A DNA stretch of 37,706 nucleotides, from positions 41,770,540-41,808,245 of the forward strand of contig NC_068990.1 in the NCBI RefSeq assembly GCF_001194135.2. The letters are read 5' to 3'. Positions 22,691 through 33,773 of this stretch are shown here, in pieces (the first letter of the stretch is position 1; every line of letters begins with the position of its first letter). The notes beneath the pieces are model-generated. The model did no database searches, was not told the DNA's origin, and saw only the letters and a program-made list of their open reading frames with translations. The position numbers and the translations under genes are program-made. Source of the stretch: Octopus bimaculoides. Taxonomy: Eukaryota.

Positions 22691-22700
22691 AATGATGATC
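22606..22700. repeat. (GAT/GAC)n microsatellite
   Basis: Direct reading of the sequence. Confidence 0.9.
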
Positions 22701-23060
22701 CTTGTGTNNNNNNNNNNNNNNNNNNNNNNNNNNNNNNNNNNNNNNNNNNNNNNNNNNNNNNNNNNNNNNNNNNNNNNNNNNNNNNNNNNNNNNNNNNNNN
22801 NNNNNNNNNNNNNNNNNNNNNNNNNNNNNNNNNNNNNNNNNNNNNNNNNNNNNNNNNNNNNNNNNNNNNNNNNNNNNNNNNNNNNNNNNNNNNNNNNNNN
22901 NNNNNNNNNNNNNNNNNNNNNNNNNNNNNNNNNNNNNNNNNNNNNNNNNNNNNNNNNNNNNNNNNNNNNNNNNNNNNNNNNNNNNNNNNNNNNNNNNNNN
23001 NNNNNNNNNNNNNNNNNNNNNNNNNNNNNNNNNNNNNNNNNNNNNNNNNNNNNNNNNNNN

Positions 23061-23107
<47 letters not shown>

Positions 23108-23146
23108 ATGTCTCTATCTGTCTATCAATCTATATATACATATATG

Positions 23147-23206
23147 TCTTTTATCCTTTGTTTCAGTCATTAGACTGCGGCCATACTGGGGCACCGCCTT
23201 GAAGAA
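23147..23206 (-). mobile_element. SINE family B, 3' tail fragment
   Basis: TTTCAGTCATTAGACTGCGGCCATACTGGGGCACCGCC is the reverse of the family B 3' end. Confidence 0.8.
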
Positions 23207-23214
23207 CTTTTAGC

Positions 23215-23411
23215 CGATGCGCTTTTTGCATTGTCTTACCCGTCAAATGACGTCTCTCCGATGGCTAAGCGAGTAGGCCAACATTTCCCTCTAATCGAAA
23301 GCGTGAGTGGAGCAACATGCTCAAGGACACAACGCTCCGCCCAGTCAGGGAATCTAATCCGCATTCTAGCCATTGTGAGTGCAACAGCCTAACTAAGTGG
23401 CAACGCACCTT
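23215..23411 (-). mobile_element. tRNA-derived SINE, family C (diverged)
   Basis: Minus strand has a degenerate tRNA-like head followed by GTTGTGTCCTTGAGCA, a CORE/V-like conserved SINE segment. Confidence 0.6.
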
Positions 23412-24204
23412 AATACACACACACACACACATACACGCATATACTCATATACACTCACATATATGAATATGTATATAAACCTACAAATGTATATACATAT
23501 ACAAGAATATCTATACATGCATATATATATGTATGGCTACAGGTATGCATATATACATATATGTGTGTGAGAACTAGCGTGCTTGTATATTTGACAAATA
23601 GTCATGTACAAAATTGTAGGCCCTTGCGTCTTTTGTGTTACTCCACATCTAATGAAAGAACATGCACACTTATTACATCATATTATTTGTTGCCCATACA
23701 GGAACCTAGAATTGAGGACACCGGTGAAATCACAGAACCTTGAGGCTGAAGTTAATACAAATATTGCGCATTATAAATTCACTGACATTTTACAAATGAT
23801 TATTTAGTTCTGCTCTAGTTATGCAGAATTATAACACACACATACGCACACACATGTATATATTTATATATTTCTCTTTTGGAGCAAATGAAGGTATGTA
23901 TAACAGCTCGTAAATATTGGGTCGGAAAACTCTCTTGGATAAAAAAAATCGAAGGCTGCTCATGGGTTGAGAATCTTCATCTTTACACATGGGAGGTGTT
24001 CTACTATAAGACCAATGCAAACTTCCGAACTTCTGTAAATATTTTAGAAACTTTATTTTTACAAGTGACAATTGCATGTTGCTGACGTTATTAGAATTTT
24101 ATACATTTTCAAGATAACGTAAATAATAATTTTTTGGAAGAGTGGATCTCGATGGAACCAAATACTTATATGTTACTATCTATAGCTTCATGTACTTCGA
24201 GACA

Positions 24205-24734
24205 CATGTATGTATGTCCTTTTCTCTTATTAATTATCTAAAGGAGCGGGTTTCTAACAAAGATACAAAGCTTCGTCGTTGGAACATAGGTAATAAAAAC
24301 GTCACATTTAAAATCTGAGAAAAGTCTTGCATATTTTTATTGTTCCACTTAGAGATTGTGTTTGTGATGTGCGAGTCAATTGGCTGATTTCTTTTTCTAA
24401 AACTTCAAGCTTATCCACCCTGACAGTTAGATATCTACTTACAAAACTAAATGCACCAATTATTATTGGAATAAATGAAAATTTGTAATCCGAGTAAAGA
24501 AGCTGGAGGTTTCGAAGCAGTTGTCCACAGTTATTTTCTTTCTCTTTGATGTTCAAAGAGATATCCGCAACAGCAGGACAACTGACTTGCATGATGGTTG
24601 ATACTTTTTCTTGTCAGTCCCAAACAACAATATCCGGACTGTTATGCTTACACGTGACAGATGTTTTGATGGGAATGTTCAACCAGTATTTCTTATGTTG
24701 ATCTTTGCGCATGTATTCAATAACAGGGAGTTTT

Positions 24735-24735
<1 letters not shown>
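24205..24735 (-). mobile_element. R4/Dong-like RLE fragment, same lineage as 16550-17720; 24205-24307 is possibly its 3' UTR
   Basis: KKYWLNIPIKTSVTCKHNSPDIVVWD*QEK..IMQVSCP..DISLNIKEKENNCGQLLRNLQLLYSDYKFSFIPIIIGA..GTIKICKTFLRF*. PD..(E/Q)..CP motif; the 5' end abuts (TA)n. Confidence 0.9.
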
Positions 24736-24771
<36 letters not shown>

Positions 24772-24937
24772 ATAATAATATTAGGACAAAATCCCAAATT
24801 ACAGGTAAAAACTCAATTAAAATCAATTTATAAAAAATTAAAATTAACTTGAGCTTTACAGAGTAAAGATAATTTTTTCTATATGTGACAGTGGATTTTC
24901 ATCGATGAGTTCATGAACCTTGGTTCTTTTCCCTAAA

Positions 24938-24982
<45 letters not shown>

Positions 24983-25094
24983 ACATGTATATATGTATAT
25001 ATGTATGTGTGTACGTACGTATGTATGTATGTATGTATGTATGTATGTATGTATGTATGCATGTATAACGGTGAAGATCACTTTGCAGACAGGA

Positions 25095-25172
25095 GGCCTC
25101 GAGTCTGACTCCAAACTTTTCGATAGCGTGCTCCAGTATGACCACAGCTTATTGGCTGAAACAAATACAAAT
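25095..25172 (+). mobile_element. SINE family B, 3' end (highly diverged)
   Basis: GTGCTCCAGTATGACCACAGC...TGGCTGAAACAAATA resembles the family B terminus. Confidence 0.5.
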
Positions 25173-27317
25173 ATAAATACGGCCGTCACACGCTGCCGAA
25201 TATAAGTTGGTCTCATCATGCACCATGCCTTCGAATCTGTTTTAAGCGTATAGATAACTGCGAGCAGAACCACTCGACTATTTGACCATCAGAACCTCCA
25301 GTACTCCGACGAACTCTTTATCTCATTGGCCCTAAAATTACGAAAGTCTGCCTGGTGGAAATGAGAAATTATTACAAGTTATTATGACTGGTGTTCAAAT
25401 TAATCTGCCAAGCCATCGCTCTGGTCGAGTACATCGGAATTTATCGGATTCTTGAAAGATAAGAGGCAATACTTAAAGTTAAAAGTCAATGGGAGTGTTT
25501 AGAATGCGTCTACAATATTTTCTTTTTCATTAACATCTGCATGTAACTTAAATACAAAATTATCACAACTAGTGACGATTCTTAATAAGTAAAAAGAGCA
25601 GAGATAATTTAAGAACAAAATGTAGATGAAAGGGAATAAATTTTCGAGTAGATAACACACCCAGGGAAAGGAGAATTTTATCCACGGTTGAAGACACATC
25701 ACGGACATGAGTTTCTGTCCTACTGACCTCGTCAGTATTGTTTTGCTCTGCCTACCAAACTTGCCTACCAGGTCAAGAGTATTTTGCATAGTTAAAACTA
25801 AAAAGGGTTAAGTAAACAGGTACAATGTCATCAATATTAGTAAGTTATGAGCGGTTAACCTTGAAATCGATACAAAATAAATTCTTAATCTATTAAAATT
25901 TCTGAGCTAGAGAGTGAAATCTAAAAGTAATTGACGGCGTATCTAGAGAAGAACCAGAGATAATGACAAGAATTTAGACAAATTCTCTAATTCTATTGTC
26001 GGGTAGAAACAGTCTAAACTTTATGTATGTGCGTGCACGCATGTGTGTGTCTTTGCGTCTGTGTCAATGTTTGTGTGTGTATGTGCCCATATGTACATAC
26101 AAACATATAGGTATATATGTATATTCATACCCTTGTATGTGTACATACACACACACACATACACACACAAACCTACATATGGGTACATGTATATGCGTGC
26201 TTGCATGTGTGCATGCTTGTATGTGTATGTGAAAGCTGCCTGTGATTGTTGTTGTTTTTAGTTTTTTTACATTCGTTTTGTATTAGTAGTTGTGGCTTCG
26301 TTGCATTTGATACCATTGATGTTGGTGGCGTGGTTGGTGTTGTTGCTCTTTATACATAAACATACACGCATGTACGTATATATATATATATATATATANN
26401 NNNNNNNNTATATATATATATGTATATACACCGACATACATATACATGCGTACATAGACATGTATATATCGTATACACACGCACACATCGGATGGAAATA
26501 TATAAATAAACATTGTGGGATGTGTAAACATTTAGCGGTAATGTTAGGAAATCTTGAAAAACGAAAAACTAAAGTTAAATGGAGCGAGAACGAATGGGAA
26601 CGGTGAGCCTTTTAATATAGAAAGGGGTGAGATTTGAGTGTGGGATGGAAAGGGAGGGGTCTATACAGGGTAGTGGAAAACACTGATGTATGAAGTGAGA
26701 GATAGAGAGAAAGAAAGGGAAGGAAAATGAGTGAGAGGTATAGAGAGACAGACAGAAATATCAAGGCGGAGGTGAGTAAGAAAAGCCGGGTGGAAATCAG
26801 GGTAGGGCTAAAAACTGGGATAAGATTTCAATTTCGTCGTTAAAGGATAGAATAGAAGAAATATAATATATCTGAATAGATAATCATATTTACTGCTGTT
26901 ATTGTTGTTTCTATTGTTGTTGTCGCCGTTGTTGTTGTTGTTGTTGTTGTTTAACCCCGAGTCAGCTCTCATTGAATAGGGCTATCATGAAAGATGTTTC
27001 AGTCATGATCACCTAACTATATATTTTCTTCACTCAGAAATTATTATTCTCTTGCATCTCCTAGGGAAGACTTGACTGCTATGACAAGCTGATCGAGTGA
27101 CTACATGGAGATTCCCTCGTTGGATGTTTCTGCTTAAAATAAAGGACAGTGCCGAATTTTTGTTGTTGATGCTGATGTTCTTGTCTTTGTAGTATTTCTT
27201 ACGGCTGTTGGAGTTGAAGCTGTTGAAATGATAGTCTTGTAATCATGTTCAAGGTTTTCTTGTTATTGCTATTGTTGTTGATGGTAGTGCTCATGTTGAT
27301 GTTGCTGATGTTGTTAA

Positions 27318-27351
<34 letters not shown>

Positions 27352-27358
27352 ACTGTGA

Positions 27359-27540
27359 GATGCAGGAATAACTGTGTGGTTAAAAAGCTCGTTTTGCAAC
27401 CTCATGGTCTTCAAACTTAGTCCCGTTGCGCGACAACTTGGGCAGGTATTTTCAACTATAGCCTCGGATTGGCCAATACCTTACGAGTGGTACTTACAGA
27501 ACTATGTGGGAGCCTGTAGTATGTGTGTACGTGTGTATGT
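27359..27540 (+). mobile_element. SINE family B, 5' half (diverged)
   Basis: CTGTGTGGTTAAAAGCTCG..CAACCTCATGGT..AGTCCCGTTGCGCGACAACTTGGGCAGGT..TTTCAACTATAGCCTCGG; ends in a TG-rich tract. Confidence 0.75.
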
Positions 27541-29640
27541 GTAGAACGTATTCGGGCTTGTGTTAGGAGACTTTTCATAGATTTTGGTTGTCTCTTGCTT
27601 TTTATGATGGTGTGTGTTTGGAGGATTAAGTTCATTCTGTGGTCCTTTTTTTAGCAGGAGAATGTTGTCGAAGGATGGTGTCGAATGCTTCATTGTTAAG
27701 AGGGTTTTGTGTGGAGATGTATGGTAGGGCTTTTGGTTGTAAACCCTTCTTTAATTTGGGATGTCTGAGTTCGTGGATGTTGGGTTGAAGGGCACGTTGA
27801 AAGCATATGTCAATTAGTGCATGTGGGTAGTACCTAGTGATGAGTGTATCCTTTAGTTCATGTAGTCGTGTGTCTCTGGTGTTTGCGTTAGAAACTATAG
27901 TACATATCCCTTTTGCTAGGTTGAAGGGGATATTCATTCTGATGTGTCTGGGGTGGCATGAGTTGAACGGTAGATAGTGCTTGGATTCCGTGGGCTTATA
28001 ATATATATCTATTTCTATTATGTTGTTAGATTTCTTAATGAGAATGTCGAGGAAGGGAAGTTGTTAAAGACTATATTCCATCGTGAATTGAATGTTTACG
28101 TTAAGTCCGTTTATGAGTGCTTGGAATTCTTTAAGTCTATACTTTGATGCCAAAGAATGAAACAGTCATCCAGGTATCTCTTCCAGTTATTTTCTATGTA
28201 GAGGGAGAATGGGCTGCCGTATTTTTCTAGAACATTACGATAAAGTCTAATTTTTAGATATCCTATGACTAGGTTAGCAAAGGAGGGGGGCCAATCTCCT
28301 ACCCATTACAGTCCCTTATTTTTGTCGATAGAAGACTTTGATGACGAAGTAGTTATTCTCCAAGATGAATTTTAGCCCTCCTATCACGAATTCTTTTTTG
28401 GTGCGATGGGGGAGTTCGTTGGCGTAATTCTCTAGCCAGAATTGAATTGCTTCTATTCCTAGGTTGTGGGGGATATTGGAAGAGAGGTTGACTACATTGA
28501 AGGATACTAGTAGGGTGCTTTGTTTATTGTTTCAGGAAGGTGATTGAGCATATCCAGGTCGTGCCTTACGTAGCTTTTGGCATGCTTAAGGAATGGTTTT
28601 AAGAGGATGTCTAAAAAGTTACTGAAGCGGTGGGTTTCGTATGCGGGACCTGCTTTTATAGGTCTCAATTTGAGATTATTAGGAGTAGGGGCTTTGATTA
28701 TTATGTCTGTGGCTATCTTGCATGCGTTACTTATTTTCTCACTTTTGTGTATCTTGGAAATACCGTAGAATTGACTGGTTTTACTTTTGAAATTGGTCAT
28801 ATAGTCATATTCTTTGTCGGTGAGCCCTTCTCTGTATGGGTTTAACATGGATTTTAGGTCTCTCATTATTTTCTGCTGACTGTAGTGCTGGGCCTTTTCA
28901 TATGTTGTGTCTTCCAATATGGATAGTACTAGAGTTATATAGAATAATGTGTCCATTAAGACATCTGCACTCCCTTTATTGTTAATGTTTTGTCATCTTT
29001 TAATTTATTCAGCTCAGCCCATTCTTTTTTGCTGAAGTTTGGTTTATGTTTTTGTTTGTGCATATGTTGGTATGGGTAATTCGAAATGCATTCACAGGAA
29101 TCAAGAGTTTTGTTTTTACCTATTGAAAGGGTGTAGTTACTTCTATTTCGGACCAACGATTCGTCCTCGTTGTATTATTTGTCGTATAGCTCCTTACCGA
29201 GTCGTAATTTTCTACAGAATTCCGCGATGTCTTCTTTCATTTCATTGTAGTTGGGGCGTTGTGGGGTGAGTGTAAACTTGAGCCCTTTGGAGAGTATACT
29301 GATTTGGTTTGCTGTCAATTCTTTGTGAGTTAGATTGATAATTTTTATTACTTTTGGCTCCTCCTCTCTGTTTGGTGCTATCTTGTGTCTCTGTGTTTGC
29401 GTATTGGGTCTAAAAAATGATTGCGGTGGTTGGGACGGTAGCTACTATGTAGTTGTTCCTTGTTTTTGCGGGGTGCGTTGTTGTGATTTATGGTGTGGGT
29501 TCTTGGAACGGTATTGAAAAATGTGTCCCTTTATTCCATGTTCTGATGTGGTGTTTTAGGGGGCCGTCATTGGTAATTATTGCGTGTGGTACGGGTTTGT
29601 TGTGCATGGTTGTTTAGTAGAATGTTGGAACGAAAATGAT
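27541..29640 (-). mobile_element. Penelope-like element (PLE) remnant: N-terminus, RT and thumb; GIY-YIG domain absent
   Basis: IINLTHKELTANQISILSKGLKFT..DIAEFCRKLRL; SQFYGISKIHKS..LRPIKAGPAYETHRFSNFLDILLKPFLKH..SYVR; LVSFNVVNL.SNIPH; WKRYLDDCFILW (YLDD at 28165-28176); TDIYYKPT..HYLPFNSCHPRH; ends at IIKSKRQPKSMKSLLTQAR. Frameshifted. Confidence 0.95.
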
Positions 29641-29854
29641 ATATATATAATTATGCGTATTTCTTCTATCTTAATGAATAAAAATTCTTCTGATAGAAAC
29701 CAATGTAGCAAAGAACACAAAATAGCTGTGGTTTAGTTCCTGTTTTTAAGGCAGGAACTCCTTGAAATTTTGGGTATTTGAGTATATTTAAGAAATTATA
29801 TATATATATTATATGGGAGATGTATATATGTTTACTTTTGTGCTTCTTTCTCAC

Positions 29855-30050
29855 TTTCCCACCGCTTGAAAACTGGTGCTGGTTTGTTTACGTACCCGTT
29901 ACCTAGGGTTTCGGCAAAATGAAATGATAGTATAAGTATCAATCTTGAAACAACATAGAAGTGCTGAGGTCGATTTGTTCGTCCAAAACCCTTCAAGACA
30001 GTGCTCCAGCATGACTGTAGTCCAATATCTGAAACAAATAAAAGATAAGA
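29855..30050 (+). mobile_element. SINE family B, 3' half (diverged)
   Basis: CCCACCGCTTGA.AAC.GGTGCTGGT.TGTTTACGT.CCCGT.AC.TAG.G.TTCGGCAAAA..GTCGATTTGTTCG..GTGCTCCAGCATG. Confidence 0.8.
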
Positions 30051-30138
30051 GACAAAAATAAAATAATAATTACTCTCTTTCTACTGCTCTTCTATATACC
30101 ACAGTAACTATTTCTATTGTTGTTTGCTTAAATTATGT

Positions 30139-30356
30139 TCTTTTCTACTCTAGGGACAAGTCCCGAAGTTTTTTGGAGAGTGGGGGCCAGTCGATTAGAT
30201 CGACCCCTGTAAGCAAGTTGTACTTAATTTATCGACCCCGAAAGGTTGAAAGACAAAGTTGACCTCAGTGGAATTTGAATTCAGAACGTGAAGACAGACG
30301 AAATTTCGCTAAGCATTTCGCCCGGCGTGCTACCGTTTCTGCCAGCTCGCCGCCTT
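30139..30356 (-). mobile_element. SINE family A, near full length
   Basis: Reverse reads AAGGCGGCGAGCTGGCAGAAACGGTAGCACGCCGGGCGAAATGCTTAGCG..GTTCTGAATTCAAATTCCACTGAGGTC..GGGGTCGATAAATTAAGTAC..GGGGTCGATCTAATCGACT. Confidence 0.9.
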
Positions 30357-30596
30357 ATAGTTTAACTTACGTTGATTTCAGTGTAGCTGCTGCTGCTTAT
30401 GCTGCCGTTGCTNNNNNNNNNNCAATAAGTACGTTTCTGAGAGTGTTGTGTGTAATTTGTGAGATCTGGATGCGTGTGCTGCTACTGGCATTCAACTGTA
30501 TGCCTGTATGTATGTTGAGGTGTCTATGTATCTATAAGTGCATATGCGTGTAGGTGTTTGTGTGCGCACTTATATGCATGTGTATGCACATACATA

Positions 30597-30765
30597 TTTT
30601 CGGAGTAGTAATGAATACACTTTTTCGGAAATTTTCGTAAAGTAATGAATAAACTTTTTCGGAAATTTTCGGAAAGTAATGAATACACACACAAGTAATA
30701 TATATCGATACAAACACACACACATATGCGCAAACACACACACATATGCGCAAACACACACATAT
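30597..30765. repeat. Two short tandem duplications: 34-bp unit x~2.7 (30597-30688) and 20-bp unit x~2.7 (30711-30765)
   Basis: AGTAATGAATACACTTTTTCGGAAATTTTCGTAA at 30607 and 30641; CAAACACACACACATATGCG at 30711 and 30731. Confidence 0.9.
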
Positions 30766-31844
30766 ATATGTATGTATATACAGGTAATTGGACCGAAACG
30801 ATGGAAAATATAGTAAATTGCTTGGTGATACAACGTACTACCTGGTCCATAGATTGACCGCGTGATCTTATAATCATGAGCTTATCACCTTGCGCACTAG
30901 CGCACGTTATCTTACCGAACAATAATAGCTGTCAATTAAATTTGCGACCGATTAGCGTCCCGTCCAAGAGAATGTTTTGCGTTCTCAACAGCATATATAC
31001 AACGGAAGCTGGGATACACACATGTATACATACAGAGAGACATATACACATGTGCACTGTGTATATGCGCGTGCGCATGCGTGTCTGTTGCTGCGCACAC
31101 GTGTGTGCACGCGTACATGCACGTCCTTTTATATGAGCTATATGTATATAATATATAACTCTGAGATTGTGTTTATATATATCACAATCTGTTTTGATTC
31201 ATATGTTTATATTCCACTCCGATTTAATTTATCTGAGCGAATGCGTACGTTCGCAAAGTTTCAGATTGTAATCAATATGTATGTGCGTATATTAGTGTAT
31301 ATGTACCTATATTAATGTAGATATTTGTGCATGTATATGCGTATGTGAACATCTGAGTCTTTAGTATATATCAAGAGTGCGTAGAAACTTCTTACAGTAT
31401 TTAAAATGTAGTGCATCACGATATATTTCACGAACGTATCTTCTGTAGATTGAAGCAAAAACACTAAACAAAACAAAAACCTGAAGTATTTTACATAAGG
31501 AACCCACTTAAAATGCTAAATGTCTCAACTAACGCCCTTTCTATCTACAACCATTCGACTATAATATCTTCATCTAATAAGCAACCCATCAACCTTACCA
31601 GCCATCCAGTTTCTAGCATATTGGATTTCGGCGCCATCTTTGTTGAAACGGTCGTGTATTTAAAGATGCGAAAATGTCTTCATGACAGCTGAGCAAATTT
31701 TGTAGATACGTATATGATACATACAAACACACACTCACACACACTCATGCATGCACACATAACTGTAGATGTGTGTGCATGCATGGTTGTCTGAGTTCGG
31801 ACTAAATATAAATGTGCGATTGCGATTGCACATGAAAGTGTATG

Positions 31845-31887
<43 letters not shown>

Positions 31888-32281
31888 GCGCGCACACACA
31901 CACACAAGAACACACACATACACACGTGCATTTACGCACACACATGTGTATACTTGTACATGTGTTTTAATATTTCGCTTAATGTGCGATTCTAATAACC
32001 TGGTGTAGAACTCATTATGCGTTTGTTTGTGGACGAAGCGTTAGTGCAGTACAGAAGTGTAATAAGAATAGATATAACAAGAGTATATACCATTATCTCA
32101 TGAAATTCATTAGCTTACAGCCGTTTCCATTGTAATGGTCTCACTTAGGCTCTCAACTATGAGCCTGCTTCATGTTATAGTGGAGACATTTCGAATTTTG
32201 ATGCACATAAATTACACGTAGGATGTATTATGCAATAGCGAATCACCACACATAGTCTCATCGAACTTACGTGTTACTTAC

Positions 32282-32329
32282 ATTTGTAGTACTCTGAGTA
32301 GTCGTAGGTGAAGGTTGTCAACGGATTCT
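32282..32329 (-). CDS. Candidate 48-nt symmetric (phase 1-1) exon of an unknown host gene
   Basis: Acceptor TATCTATTTAATAG, donor AAAT|GTAAGT; open frame (E)NPLTTFTYDYSEYYK; length is a multiple of 3. No homology recognised. Confidence 0.35.
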
Positions 32330-33620
32330 CTATTAAATAGATACTATACACCATGTANNNNNNNNNNNNNNNNNNNNNNNNNNNNNNNNNNNNNNNNNNN
32401 NNNNNNNNNNNNNNNNNNNNNNNNNNNNNNNNNNNNNNNNNNNNNNNNNNNNNNNNNNNNNNNNNNNNNNNNNNNNNNNNNNNNNNNNNNNNNNNNNNNN
32501 NNNNNNNNNNNNNNNNNNNNNNNNNNNNNNNNNNNNNNNNNNNNNNNNNNNNNNNNNNNNNNNNNNNNNNNNNNNNNNNNNNTATAAATAAACATGTATG
32601 CATATACATATATATACCATGTATGTATATGTATGTACGTACGAACGTACATACGTATTTTACGTATATTTTCTAATTAAACTTGAGTGGCAAGATTTTT
32701 CAGGGAAATGAATTGTCATGAGAATTATTCAAAAGAAGAAAATAAAACAAAACACAAGACTTCAGTGCCACTGAAGAACTTAAACAAACATAATAAAGCA
32801 GAGCATCAGCTCATACATTAGGAACTATAAAACCGGCCTCCACTAGAGATTTGTACTTAAGATCGTATAATATATATAGACTGGCTGCTCTTACACATAT
32901 GTTTCTTGACAGACGTGTATCGTGATATTAACGTCTCTACATCCAACACTCCAGCTATCACAGTACCCTCTTCAACTTAATTTTCATTGATTCCCACACG
33001 CAAGTCGAACATCGGGATATGTGGCACCCCGAGTTAAGTGGTATGATGAGATTTTCAAACGAAATTTATCAAAACTTTCATTATTACCGCCAGCCGCAAC
33101 TATTTTAAGGTTAGTGTTGTTTACATATATAGTAGTGCCCCAATTGAGTCATATGAAGCACAGCCAGAGTTGAAAGTGAGCAGAGAATACTCGCGTATCA
33201 CCACACACCACCCTCTGTCCGTGATAGACAGCCGTCAATGACTGCAACTGTATATGAACTAGATATATCTCTGCGTCTATATGGAGACACTGTTGTCCTT
33301 CACAGAACATTACACAGCTATAAACGAAGAGTCATGCTGGTTCAGGTTGATGGATATTGAATCTAGCTCTGGATAGCTCACCAGTCAATCTTGGTATCAT
33401 TTAGGAGTGTATTTATATTATTTGTGCGAAGCAGTTAGTTGAAATTGAGCCATGTAGAATATAGCGTACTTGTCCTTGAGATGTATTGAAACAACTAATA
33501 ACACATATAAACCGACTCTCGATAAAACGGTTATGCAATAAATTCACTCGAATGTGAACCACATGAAAAACAAAAACATGGAAAACGAACTTTTTCAATA
33601 AACGAAAGAAACAAATAGTA

Positions 33621-33773
33621 AAACGAGACATGCAGCATAAAGAACAATGCCTTCATCACTTGTCCACTGTTTTATCTACTCCGCATTTTGAACGCTAAAC
33701 GTTCGAAATGCGGCGTAGATAAAACAGTGGACAACTGATGAAGGGATTGCTCTTTGTGTTGCGTGTCTCGTTT
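33621..33773. other. Long inverted repeat / hairpin: 74-bp arms, 5-nt loop
   Basis: Arms 33621-33694 and 33700-33773 pair without indels; 66 of 74 positions are Watson-Crick. Confidence 0.95.

Noticed and set aside
26950-27160. Possible further interspersed repeat after (GTT)n
   Set aside because: Looks familiar but has no second copy or motif in the window to support it.
31628-31645. YY1-like GGCGCCATCTTTG motif as a promoter
   Set aside because: A single short motif with no CpG island or other support.
33129-33180. Plus-strand AG..AAA|GTGAGC mini-exon and other AG/GT pairs at 23.7-24.0 and 32.9 kb
   Set aside because: Weak acceptors or in-frame stops; expected by chance in 37 kb.
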